Shown piece by piece: positions 45,301-50,864 of a stretch of DNA of 64,000 nucleotides. The stretch covers positions 1 to 64,000 of IMG/VR virus record IMGVR_UViG_3300027668_000013; one strand, 5' to 3'. The DNA is from a virus. The notes beneath the pieces were generated by a model. The model worked only from the letters and a program-made list of their open reading frames with translations. It was not told the origin of the DNA and ran no database searches. Made by a program: the position numbers and the translations under genes. The stretch's first letter is position 1. Each line of letters begins with the position of its first letter.

Positions 45301-46312
45301 CTCCTCTAATCGTACCGTTCCCTTTAATAATACCTCTTAAAGCAATCGCATCTGTAAAAACGTTTACTTTATTATACAGCATAAAGTCTGATACTTCACT
45401 ATCAGCTATCTTTACAGCTTCTGCGTAAGACACATCATTTGCAAGTGCTTTATCCATAATTTCTTTGTGCATTTCTGCACCCATCATTACAGATTCAGCA
45501 TAGTTAGTAACAGCTGCTGTTCCAAGTTGTGTTATAATTTGTTGTGGGATTTTACCCATCTTAACTAAAGTCCCTATTAAACCTGTAGCACCTTTAACTA
45601 AACTTCCAGCACCAGCACCAATACCAGCAAAACCAACTGTAGAATCTACAAGTCCTTGCAGTCCCCGCATTGTTTGTGCCATTGCGCTATCTCCATAAAT
45701 ACCATTGTATTCATCGTACTTTTCTTTTCTTTCGCCAGCCCATTCAGATAACATGTTTGTATATCCTTCTTCAAATGAATTTGAAAATCCAAACCATTGT
45801 GGTACATCGGCAATATAACCAACGTTTTGAATAAACGTCATTGTACCTTTATAAACACCTCCAGCTACAGCTCGTGTAAGTTGAGAACCAAAATTTTGAG
45901 CTTCTTCAAATGCTTTATCAGCATCGGCATTTACTTTTAGAAAAGCGTTTTGTGGAATTTCATATTCTTCGGCTTCGGCTAATTGAGCGTCAGTAATTGC
46001 TTTAGATTGTAAAGATATATCTTCAAATTCTGAACTACTAACTCCATCTTCTTCATCAAAGTAATTAGACATTTTATCAAACCCGGAAGTATCGTCAACA
46101 GCTGGTTCTTCAACTACTTCTTCTTCAAGATTAGTATCTGCAACTACTTCATTATTAATAACTTCCGGTTTTTCTGGACTTATTTCTGTTCCTTCCTTAA
46201 CCTCTGCTCCAGATCCCACAACCGTAGGATTAACTTCAGTTTCTGGCGTTTCATTTTTATTATTTGATGCAACACCATCTTCGTATAATCTTTCATTAAT
46301 CCTACTTGCCAT
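30344..46312 (-). CDS. Giant virion-packaged RNA polymerase polyprotein (5322 aa)
   Basis: GSDFDIDK catalytic motif (DFDIDK at 34694-34711), YRIPNQ, ADGQAFI, YLKYS and AYVDNAKD motifs of crAss-like vRNAPs; HEGFH zincin motif; extra C-terminal domains. Confidence 0.92.
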   Translation of the reverse strand: MASRINERLYEDGVASNNKNETPETEVNPTVVGSGAEVKEGTEISPEKPEVINNEVVADTNLEEEVVEEPAVDDTSGFDKMSNYFDEEDGVSSSEFEDISLQSKAITDAQLAEAEEYEIPQNAFLKVNADADKAFEEAQNFGSQLTRAVAGGVYKGTMTFIQNVGYIADVPQWFGFSNSFEEGYTNMLSEWAGERKEKYDEYNGIYGDSAMAQTMRGLQGLVDSTVGFAGIGAGAGSLVKGATGLIGTLVKMGKIPQQIITQLGTAAVTNYAESVMMGAEMHKEIMDKALANDVSYAEAVKIADSEVSDFMLYNKVNVFTDAIALRGIIKGNGTIRGGMKQGFKQQMGNHLKDGLGESFEEMSAGFFQKDNTRDALIQLGLEQKDKSSYLGRATDYATSEEGLTEGFMGFIGGPFQHYTVKAFSASITKAREAAGLIDPVTKPKEFTEERPKRGDIVKEQSVPEGPAPLDPVEKYMAANKGVSKEDASKVVTAKEWDDYREKKKVYDESGVSEDQYNESVKEFDAEMKGYQERKNKHTLEKQEYVNYIENRRLGTNLKAKEDLDKFFKEEGNLMMAYKDAVLDEDGTAMEDIENQRFEGLFARYANRGMIEGLENHLKEVEAGGEGYTAEDQTKATALLSKLEGYSSDYMSLYNKHGTAKANDLFKLKSRIDGLKQTMTAIDKDLDVSRNSIIKEVKSVSGKDVSPLQLELMATKAEMVALNQMRSKLNKNPELKIGLAEQLIAKEAEIEKKIGKLEEEVKVKKGDGSESFGKYISDNEIESLDSYKKFVETAGKKMSAWVGYQGLSKTFEFENSAKSKKLLRKKYHEYLTNEIETKTFNEKDVYTNLAMIGKVELSKKQRQDLIDKLNVANKEITDEMNDVKDQVMRSEKRINAIKRMKIAIDAKSSKAWDDWKEKNEYDFKEQRDKVSTTGRAYSKAKQELNAFEQEKQIGKYGYMRKNKEGLTLQEKQKINIKYSPTEYKRLKEAESSLRKEHSLERAEMKKAISERAVAKTVYKQKKEQVAAQREKMSARYDIAINELKAIEIHETADGFKYRVDKYLETLVDGNIDSEFEEENTTEVIEGEGGGDGALVVGKGEDGPIKGQPTETNTGANKVPTEVPEENKLSITETVAEVNENGLKQAVTNKADALQAEIDALAKAAGVNLEAETGPKEVPDGISVVDLTGVTDNSQPGNPNPEGTTQTTSETLKAVTEVITENLDPSGKLASEVAAAATAQEIAADKANKDVVVTDVTNPEINPPISNSHNSKQKGMNEKYGWSLAYVSSSDGVGDLDDSGISDWLESEITDKRGTSFRFEVDKADGKAKWATKGEGEAAKAIDKFFNDPNSLTEEDMQFLPIRMVAYDRNGNKIKVLAKEVYGRFKLPFDLNVEGQYESVTAARKDIIKALLNGETYETKIESVSTGILKSDTKTGLRNDPSEFFDKPKANGEGKLLVSDGVGLVYDTKENIEDEELENSGRASVGGLAGFVFMKVRSLDNKPFPLKLNSRKLENKEIQAIMEVLVAYAEGADSAALFNGKSNISGLRNKDIMDLLIYTGQASLNTEYPFWINLSDKPSPSITFGKNKKKVELSELQESSVQLEIAESLAVMWRTTNAKFLNQKLNQTDVGNTTFTWFGDEIPSDTNYNDFQFSQKALSTNATFPSNRLFVNPTVIMSEPKNWKKIGGKKETSNWGFLTGTGKEEITKEDIHEFYDYDDTLAGIKAISDPSIKSEPVLSENFYNKTWLGLDALRIKANNYTTYNALTVFLKEQVFPNNEEAKQLVEEIRSTLKKRGDESIISTLQEIATNYGTKDMPAKRVEAGKRLIEILLKNGEDSFFKKTTGFKKSETKRTSFETDAQKKIREKEEEISKSNDEVKPSDLKENADNELTDISKLTELSNHFKEFLPKNNTITITQGGRENTFNVKSRNKSKSFYTAKEAIEYLTELYPKVRKEIEDAGDKIGEEEVLPVAYIPTKVKPLTDAQYLNKVVDSFGKTFDIGVRKGAKSVWYVEINGKQTTFKGKDAVKDAINFVIASREFYKIRGKLPSRDTSTKSETVPDITDPNSNEVFYIRNPNAPKAEQKKSRYFIKGSQILNHKGVEVFAFKEGTKNTVRNKIFANYQIKKGDAVVVEDSYVDKNGKENKFKYVVNRKGVVMSMSQTDSGAILKVFGRTKNILEESVKAFAQKDAAAQKEQTAAEIAKEADVDTTTPGPNEFKDKGAPKKKAVYQNKNNTSGKKEGNPLNVTQKEANGRVEGNPENQTDKFPTNIPDIKIATSLEGKGKVASETDNQNANGLAKPNPGTKKVRNRREVETLTTKQKEIVANGEVANNKNKGTDTQKAEQLVRHMISGKIITDFTPQEQTLINTVPIERKKEIEKEIKDDPTYSIYSKRKTEADITKELENLALILPHVPVEVAKTLIAGAYGGVAEGQFYQGVVTIANGANEGIAYHEGFHAVMDGYLTLRERNNLLKKVQKKYAVNAAQAEEILAEEFREYMLSKRTMKVPNSVKWIYDLLMDLVDAFRTNKGKIFSQIRRGRFDYIPPFAHSKRIINSRLKGGIKQDLIHEAVDHITYQAIQMAGIRSMDLSVQEGFEDLDDIFEIIRKDIVNEINMAYDEADVTDDWVTFDQLELLHSADKKLDNWKDLVELSKDSLKSFALLDSESITDETPMGETQEDDVSGDLNIRQALTYSGKDNATHNTRFMVKMLADPNTTSKNFGGKFKKLAPFEVSWRMLEDSLANIVEDSNGDQVDKMLNKIKSLAVTHPEFNELISQLEAPDDVVPLFKKVQFYRAFSKQKITYNHTGVIVEGEEYNYKIGNADQQSHAKLLRNQFSENFRYKFIENGDFKPDTATEVRARKKLSEVVETFRSIAIELNDDLKGFNKRNEGKFDFSYYITISDALDTLGIEVSPESLQSYVMGSQLTEQVVPGVYEKVTNASEASKFRNSFLKKMIFPFLEPGTTQVKDANGKIIKSGSSYARNNKSLTLEKMISKDYDFDTDENSDFITENSIFQTFASIEGYRKKDTLENMVLGPENNLYWTKSLNNFISKNVNQWKQDHTSLSKLLNSGKYHQSSKWIKFLLGDEYDFNSLEPQELSSQSKQRLEEFAVQVYLSNRVENDSSDPGTAFKNMTTVDMQLDSMNKVLNGVRNKNGSVFSPLTLADKSSHFMFTGLPMDQYRVAQNGQLINVDKNGNADHKAVEDMFQYFTAEVDRYSNARNKKNKTGNEYFDNEGSKKFFWFPELSFGTTLAKEIGLFDSKGVVNISDEKVVIKVKNHIKETIELQHEKAVQTLKDNNIIKENPEGGLTIIGIDSTVLNHYQNENATETDAVNNMVLDYMVNSMTANIEFTMLFTGDPAFYKDISKRTPATSGQGSDLIFTKDEFGKYNTPKDYKILVIKDADTETSEQYDDYLNHLMNQKIVRNGKDVNAYTKEEAIAILKPYRKNELNKADGQAFITPERFKSLMIGLGNWPTNYDEAFERLMDKDGDPDPRDLLAMQPLKGMHFELRNENGSAVPTYLKYSQAVLWPSLVKGTSHEGLLKKMRNPNNPIDEVIYESGAKSGAGTVYNKEDVISGKVDYKTTTLSNYHWKLQQDLPTKYEKKGEALVGSQPRKNIFQNMFERNANGEYVREYVLNGKKLTPDQMAQKINAVESVLSHLGRQKFDQKYDVVNGRITNQEAIYEHLIEKFKRDNVDMNVIEQLETRVPLSLIFQHVDKIEQEIFAELKKATIKLTSTGGSFVQIAGEGFEKTAAYSKIDKFTKNNIRHLEGYDPKSTNKLKGPRIREDGSLSAQVYLPFKDVENIPGWENMSDKDLKDALGDTIKNIVGYRIPNQKISGMDSLEIVGILPPSAGDSVVVYDEITGKTGSDFDIDKMYVMMYNTVFNPKSGILERVNNKNSKLAVNPKTKKKYGARKRAEMALENERLEMWASVLESKGTFTDAILPVDTTWLKNEAYYLHLLNYISEDNTSKKDGLEDVLTETLGIRKNTEEFVNWFKNTKYATDDNVDLNLFLDEKGDALSPTEIFNNYMALPTGLRDEAAAKFFKQRPGSSLEFASPFTQNEIRERNLGGKAGVGITANHLTHHNLLQAVKMAEIYSTDGRSISETLSAYMNAYVDNAKDPFISLINNNLNTANTVFYMLRQGMSASTANRLLSLPEIRNYVKNIDSQNSKLIKKEKKDHIKILGLTKNGSLKTTSATNSVINPWSKTFEKFSHLNMKESELEKLTSKGPNEFTEAEIEEMIVSGESDPGLILFFMEQEQLGRKFNKMVTASKYDTTGPGSGIAEHIATKQLEQEVLDGEFAEEYKAIINETFVGAMKETAFDDVQTLMSNLFSTAKKPMIDLVIKTNQEIGLNSTYQNYDGTDVEFNRKVLKAYQTYSFSNALNLSPENTKAMFFGDRSMAKRLLKLRNTELYSSNSFLNSLGTLVNPGKGPDFVTFASSKKKEGREKDPLWLEWEELYDNEETKAFATDLIKYAYASSGFQKNINSFYDLIPNTILQRSMEDGVLPFNSIMENTFAEGVNFDTFFDQFIGHNVDILPTHTINDKKLKGIADKTGALNKYKGGFSVDSKYIPYSFYSDHGEGKLRKFIVLTPKKKFVDEDVDTGYKHETSKLLYKRMGEKGGKQYYKRVPTLGMSQKGNHITEYAYDTEVESSIVSPFESTLSPDYENSIGNQSSGVGYITNDDSPSFRNGNEPILEEVTEETETEETEEENVEQYYEGNITPEPNTIFVFGSNPEGRHGKGAAKIAKDQFGATSGQGEGLQGNAYALPTKDLRIKENRGFKSISKGDITTSIIKLYEAAKQNPNKQFKVAYRNTTEMSLNGYTGLEMIEMFNDAEGLIDRPSNIVFSKEWVDTGMLKMNKTTEQTPAETTISKLDGLQEVSKQSSLATVESDIGEESVYKLGDQVLERQSNYVTRKLGVEYNGIKYSVDFKNGKITNLKTGAVLKGGITSPIGKAVVDKAIKQSEAKPAMKAGASVGNFVDNVGRDIFDGGKVKTLAEYVKEADTQNKENGFKLNNVTQKEFDLLVDHLTSIKSSFPDMKFISKELFLNANFTAEQIKAQGKDGIGGTLDLLGVDSDGKLHIIDFKNKIFNSDKQQFWDSNLYNDGMFESKLTGWSRQLSIYKEMLEQKGFEVATTSILLVPTEYSYDTEGNIEFGKFHSPNSVGKPIPEEHQSILSSELIEVPQDKEMVEQFRKDTVADVVENKASVPKVEDLPKPPSIEEIKNEDESVVKVFRVNEVSGFRVEVRREIVEGSVVYQAYIVDDVLIENVDKDAAADLKEGKSMLPKGASTQEEAVALAKAKISRFDIQGLLLSLNNSCK

Positions 46313-46373
46313 TGAAAAATATTTTAGTACAAGTGCTAATATAACTAAAATAATAATCAGATACTATTTTCAA

Positions 46374-49300
46374 TTAAGTTGTTCCTACTGTAATATCTTT
46401 TTGATAGTAATTGCTTTTTTTATTTTTATCTTCTACTTTTGCTTTATCCATTAATGCTTGTAATTCTTTAGTGTCTGTGGCAGTCATATTAGATACCCTT
46501 CTCTTAGAAATTATTTCATGGGTATCTGAATTAAATTCCATAATACTAACAGAGTCTTTTTGATTACCACCAAGAAGTCTTAACGTTCCGTCTTGGTTAG
46601 CACCAGCGTTAAAAGCAACATGATAACCTGAAGATCCCTTTGAACCTTTTCTTCTAATTACTATAATATCACCCGGTTTATCATCGTCTTTAGCAACAGC
46701 CGATCCAAGTTTTTGATAATCTCTGGCTCTTATGTTTTTGTAAGGATTATTAATGTTTCCTTTTACTTTTAATCGTTTACCTTCATCATCTGTTAATTTC
46801 TGTACTGGGTCATAACCACCATGTAATAACACATGGTTAACAAAAGCAGCACACCAAGCAGTACTTGTAACAGAGTCTTTCTTTGCAAAATGAGAGTCTG
46901 TTCCACCTATAGCTTCAGTAAAGAATCCGTGGATAGTCTCTTGTTGATCTATGTCATTTTCATTGTAACTAAGAAAAGAAGAAGCGTATTCTATCACGTT
47001 TTCTTTTGTTGGCTTCTTTCCGTCTGGAAAAGGGTAAAGCATTCGCTCTAATCCTTTTTCAACCAATTCTACTTTTTTATCTGCAGCACCTTCTGGATTA
47101 GCTAAATCTTTTTTAATTATTTCTTTTTTAGCAACAGGAGAAACTGTTTTTAAATTTACAATTTTTAATGAATCATCTGTGTTTAATGGGGTAGGAATAT
47201 TTAATTTAGTAAGTTCCTCATCAAAATTATTTACTTTTAAATCCTCTCTATCTAAATTAAATGATTGCGGTTTATCTAAATTTTCAGAATCTTTTTCGTC
47301 GAAATCAAAATTTACCATTTCTTCAACTTCTTCATCAGATATGTTTGTTGGATTTTCATTAACATCAAAATTAGGATTAACTTCTCCTTGATCATCAACA
47401 TATCTTCTACTTGTATTATTAAATTGACTTGGGTTAAATGCTTCAGCGTTGTCAAAAGGAATAGTTGTCTCATTGTCTTGAACTTCCGCTTGAGCTATTT
47501 CATCTTGAGACATTGCTTGTTTTTCAATATCTGTAAATCTATACGGTTCAAATTCTTCTTCTTCTGGTTCAGATGTTAATGATGAATCAGAATAATCAGA
47601 ATACTCTCTCATTTCCGCTTCCATAATAGAATCGAGTTCTTCAGGTCTCATTTTTAAATTTGGTTGAACACCATCTGGATAAGAATACATTCTACCTTCT
47701 GAATAACTCATACCATTTCTACCTTCTGAATATCTTCTACCGTGTCTAAAAGAACCTAATTCAACTTTCTTCTTTTCAATTTCTTTATAGTCTTTAGGTT
47801 TTTTATTAGGGTTTATTTCATATATTTTTTCTCTTACCAACTGTCTCGATATTTCACGAGCATTCATATCTTTAAATCTTGGATAAGCATCTTGAAAGTT
47901 TTTTAATCTTTTAGGATTTGATTCTAAAGTAGAACTGTTTTTATAAACTTTTAAAAATTGAATAGCATCTGGGCCTGTTAGATTTAATTCCTTATTTGTC
48001 ATTCCATTTCCAAGGTCTATGAAAATACCAACTGAGGTTGGATCTAATGAAATTTTATAAGCCCCCCCATCAGAAAAATTGAAATTAAAATCCTTTTTAA
48101 ACGGTTTACCTGCACCAGGCTCTTTAGTTTGTATACTAACTCCATCTCTATGATTTCCAACAGGAGTTCTACTTAAAGAATTTATTCTTGCATTATGTAA
48201 ATCAGATCTAATTTCACTTTCTACCAATTCTCTTTTTGGAACACTATAACCTTTAAGTTCAAGTTTGTATCCACCAGCTGGTTTAGGTTGATTAATAGTA
48301 AAAGGAATTTTAAAATTCTTACCATTTAATGTAAATGTAATATTTTTTTGTCCTGTAATAGGGTCTATATCATCACTAAAGAAACCATCTGATATTGATT
48401 TTGTTAAAACACTAATGTAATCTTTAGGTTCTACAGCATTTGAACCACCTGTTTTAAAAGTACTTCTTGGTGTTTCTTTAGTATTGTTATCTAAAGCTGT
48501 AAAAAATGAACCGTCAAGAATTGTACTAATAGGTAAATTCTTTATAATATCTTTCATAAAAAACTGCCTATCTTCTACTCCAGCTATATCTGATTTTAAA
48601 TTTATAACATTCGATTGATTTAACTCTATTGATACTCCTTTTTCTCTTTTTGCATTTAATGATTTATTAAAAATATCGTCAGATCGAGTAAGTTGATCTT
48701 TCATTTCTTGATGATTATTTTTTACTTTTCTATATTCTTTTTTTTCTTTTGCCATGGTTGCAGAAAATCTTTTAAGTTTTTCCCAACCTGCTTCTGGATC
48801 TCCGTTTCCTATGTTTGTTAAAAATTTTGAGTTTGATGCTACTCCTAATATCTTCTCTTTGTATGATGACATATTCTTTTCAAAGTCATCACTACCTGGT
48901 TTTTCATCGTCGTCTGCGTCTGCATCGGCTCCTTGAAAATACCTACTTTCCATTGAAGAAAGTAATTTAGAAATACCATTAATATTTATACCAGATTTGT
49001 TAGCTCCAGTAGACCTATGAGCATTTGTTGTTCCAGATACTGTACGAGTATAATTATCTCTAATATAATCTACTCCCTCTTTGTAATTAGATCTTACTGT
49101 AGCAAGTTTATCTGCTGTGTATGGAAGATTTGTTTCTGGATCAATATCAAATTTTGTTTTAAGACCTTTAATTAAAAAACCATCTACTTTACTTACAATA
49201 GCAGTTGACATTTTATCTTGTTGTAATTTTAATTCTTTAACTCCATTAGGACGTGCTAAAAGACCTTTTTCGTAAACTTCTCTTTCATTTTCTTTAATTC

Positions 49301-50837
49301 TTAGCTCATTTAAATAAGTTATTTTATCTCTTTGTTTTGCAAGTTTTATAAATTCATCTGCATCTTTTTTACTGTAAAAGAGCTTATCTGTTTTAACGTC
49401 ATCATCATTAAGAACAGTCATGTTATTTACAAGATCGTCATCTCCTTCGGCTATTCTTTTAAAAAGAACATTGTAACCAACTTCACTAATTTCAGAAGTT
49501 ACCCCATCTTGTGAAACATTCACTAACTTTTTAAGTTCTGAATCACTATTAAATATTTTTAATAATCTACCATTAAAATCATCTTTAATTTTATTATTTG
49601 ATTCAACACTTGATAAGTCTTGATTTTTAAAGTTGTTTTTAAAAGTATTGTAAATCTGACCTTGATCGGTATAGTTAAGTAGATAATTTTTATTTCCTTT
49701 TGTTATTTTCTTTTTTAGAGTTTTTAAAAGTTCATCCTCATCTACTTTTTCATTATTTTCTTTAAATTGATTATTGTAGTTATTAGCAGTTGAATTTGAT
49801 ACAACAATCCCTTGCTTTTCTAAAGCTTCCTTTTGAGCTTTTTTATTAGCAATTTCATCTTTAAGTTTATTATCTGCAGTAAGTGTATATTCACTTTCTT
49901 CTTGCATATAAGCATAAGCATCTATGAATCCAAACTTTTCAGCAAACTTCATTTGTTGATATTCAGTTCTACTAAGATCTCTTGTTTCAACCCCTATTGT
50001 ACCGTCAGCATTTTTAACAGGAACTTTTCTGTTTTTATGCATACCAACCATCCTTTCGGCATCAATCATATCTTTGAAATCAGGAAGGTCGTAAATACCT
50101 GAAGCAACTTCTCTAATACGAGCTAAATCTACTCCTTTTTGAACTGTACCTTTAGTAACAAGTTTTCCTAAGTCTTCATCGCGATAAGTTGTAGATGCAC
50201 CAACATTAGCAAATTTTGTAACAGTTTTTCCATTTGCATCTTTAGTTGTATATCTTTGAATTTTATCTCCTTTATTTGCTTTTAGTTTATCAACCCAACC
50301 AACTAAAGTATCGGCTAATTTACTTTCATCATAAAGAATTGGCTCGTCTATTCTACCTCCTCCACGAACTCCTCCTGAACTATTATAACGAGTTCTTAAA
50401 TAATTAGATTGTGCTTTTTTCATTCTACCAGAAAGTTCAGAATCTTTTATTTGTTCTAATTTTTCAGTCATTTCAGCTAAACGAGAAACTGCTTGAGCTC
50501 CTTCTCCAGTAGTAATAAAGTTTCTATATTGAGAAGCTACTCCTTTAACAGAACCACTTAACTTACGCCAATCTCCATTAACAGCCTTTAAAGCGTCACC
50601 AATAGTATTTTGGTACTTATTAACTTCTTCCTTCATTAAAGGTTTATCAGCATCTAATACTTTTTCACCCATTTTAGAACTAATAACAGCCCAGTTATCT
50701 TCAATCGTATCAAACTCCTTTTGTTCGTTTTCTGCTTTTTTTTGCATTACTTCAAAAGGCATAGGGACGTATTGACTAACATATGTTTGACTATATTGGT
50801 CTTGAACTGGTCCCATGTTTTCGTTAACATCACTCAT
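46374..50837 (-). CDS. Virion cargo protein with C-terminal CHAP/NlpC-P60-like (TIGR02594-type) peptidoglycan hydrolase
   Basis: N-terminal YVSQYVPMPF typical of crAss cargo proteins; C-terminal TAWCAAFVN...PGDIIV..R...HVAF....LLGGNQ. Confidence 0.8.
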   Translation of the reverse strand: MSDVNENMGPVQDQYSQTYVSQYVPMPFEVMQKKAENEQKEFDTIEDNWAVISSKMGEKVLDADKPLMKEEVNKYQNTIGDALKAVNGDWRKLSGSVKGVASQYRNFITTGEGAQAVSRLAEMTEKLEQIKDSELSGRMKKAQSNYLRTRYNSSGGVRGGGRIDEPILYDESKLADTLVGWVDKLKANKGDKIQRYTTKDANGKTVTKFANVGASTTYRDEDLGKLVTKGTVQKGVDLARIREVASGIYDLPDFKDMIDAERMVGMHKNRKVPVKNADGTIGVETRDLSRTEYQQMKFAEKFGFIDAYAYMQEESEYTLTADNKLKDEIANKKAQKEALEKQGIVVSNSTANNYNNQFKENNEKVDEDELLKTLKKKITKGNKNYLLNYTDQGQIYNTFKNNFKNQDLSSVESNNKIKDDFNGRLLKIFNSDSELKKLVNVSQDGVTSEISEVGYNVLFKRIAEGDDDLVNNMTVLNDDDVKTDKLFYSKKDADEFIKLAKQRDKITYLNELRIKENEREVYEKGLLARPNGVKELKLQQDKMSTAIVSKVDGFLIKGLKTKFDIDPETNLPYTADKLATVRSNYKEGVDYIRDNYTRTVSGTTNAHRSTGANKSGININGISKLLSSMESRYFQGADADADDDEKPGSDDFEKNMSSYKEKILGVASNSKFLTNIGNGDPEAGWEKLKRFSATMAKEKKEYRKVKNNHQEMKDQLTRSDDIFNKSLNAKREKGVSIELNQSNVINLKSDIAGVEDRQFFMKDIIKNLPISTILDGSFFTALDNNTKETPRSTFKTGGSNAVEPKDYISVLTKSISDGFFSDDIDPITGQKNITFTLNGKNFKIPFTINQPKPAGGYKLELKGYSVPKRELVESEIRSDLHNARINSLSRTPVGNHRDGVSIQTKEPGAGKPFKKDFNFNFSDGGAYKISLDPTSVGIFIDLGNGMTNKELNLTGPDAIQFLKVYKNSSTLESNPKRLKNFQDAYPRFKDMNAREISRQLVREKIYEINPNKKPKDYKEIEKKKVELGSFRHGRRYSEGRNGMSYSEGRMYSYPDGVQPNLKMRPEELDSIMEAEMREYSDYSDSSLTSEPEEEEFEPYRFTDIEKQAMSQDEIAQAEVQDNETTIPFDNAEAFNPSQFNNTSRRYVDDQGEVNPNFDVNENPTNISDEEVEEMVNFDFDEKDSENLDKPQSFNLDREDLKVNNFDEELTKLNIPTPLNTDDSLKIVNLKTVSPVAKKEIIKKDLANPEGAADKKVELVEKGLERMLYPFPDGKKPTKENVIEYASSFLSYNENDIDQQETIHGFFTEAIGGTDSHFAKKDSVTSTAWCAAFVNHVLLHGGYDPVQKLTDDEGKRLKVKGNINNPYKNIRARDYQKLGSAVAKDDDKPGDIIVIRRKGSKGSSGYHVAFNAGANQDGTLRLLGGNQKDSVSIMEFNSDTHEIISKRRVSNMTATDTKELQALMDKAKVEDKNKKSNYYQKDITVGTT

Positions 50838-50864
50838 AACTAAAATATATTATTAGTATTTATT

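Noticed and set aside
30344-46312. Inteins or introns explaining the size of the vRNAP
   Set aside because: No C/S...HN-C/S/T splice junctions or LAGLIDADG motifs were seen, the protein is almost Cys-free, and the frame is uninterrupted.
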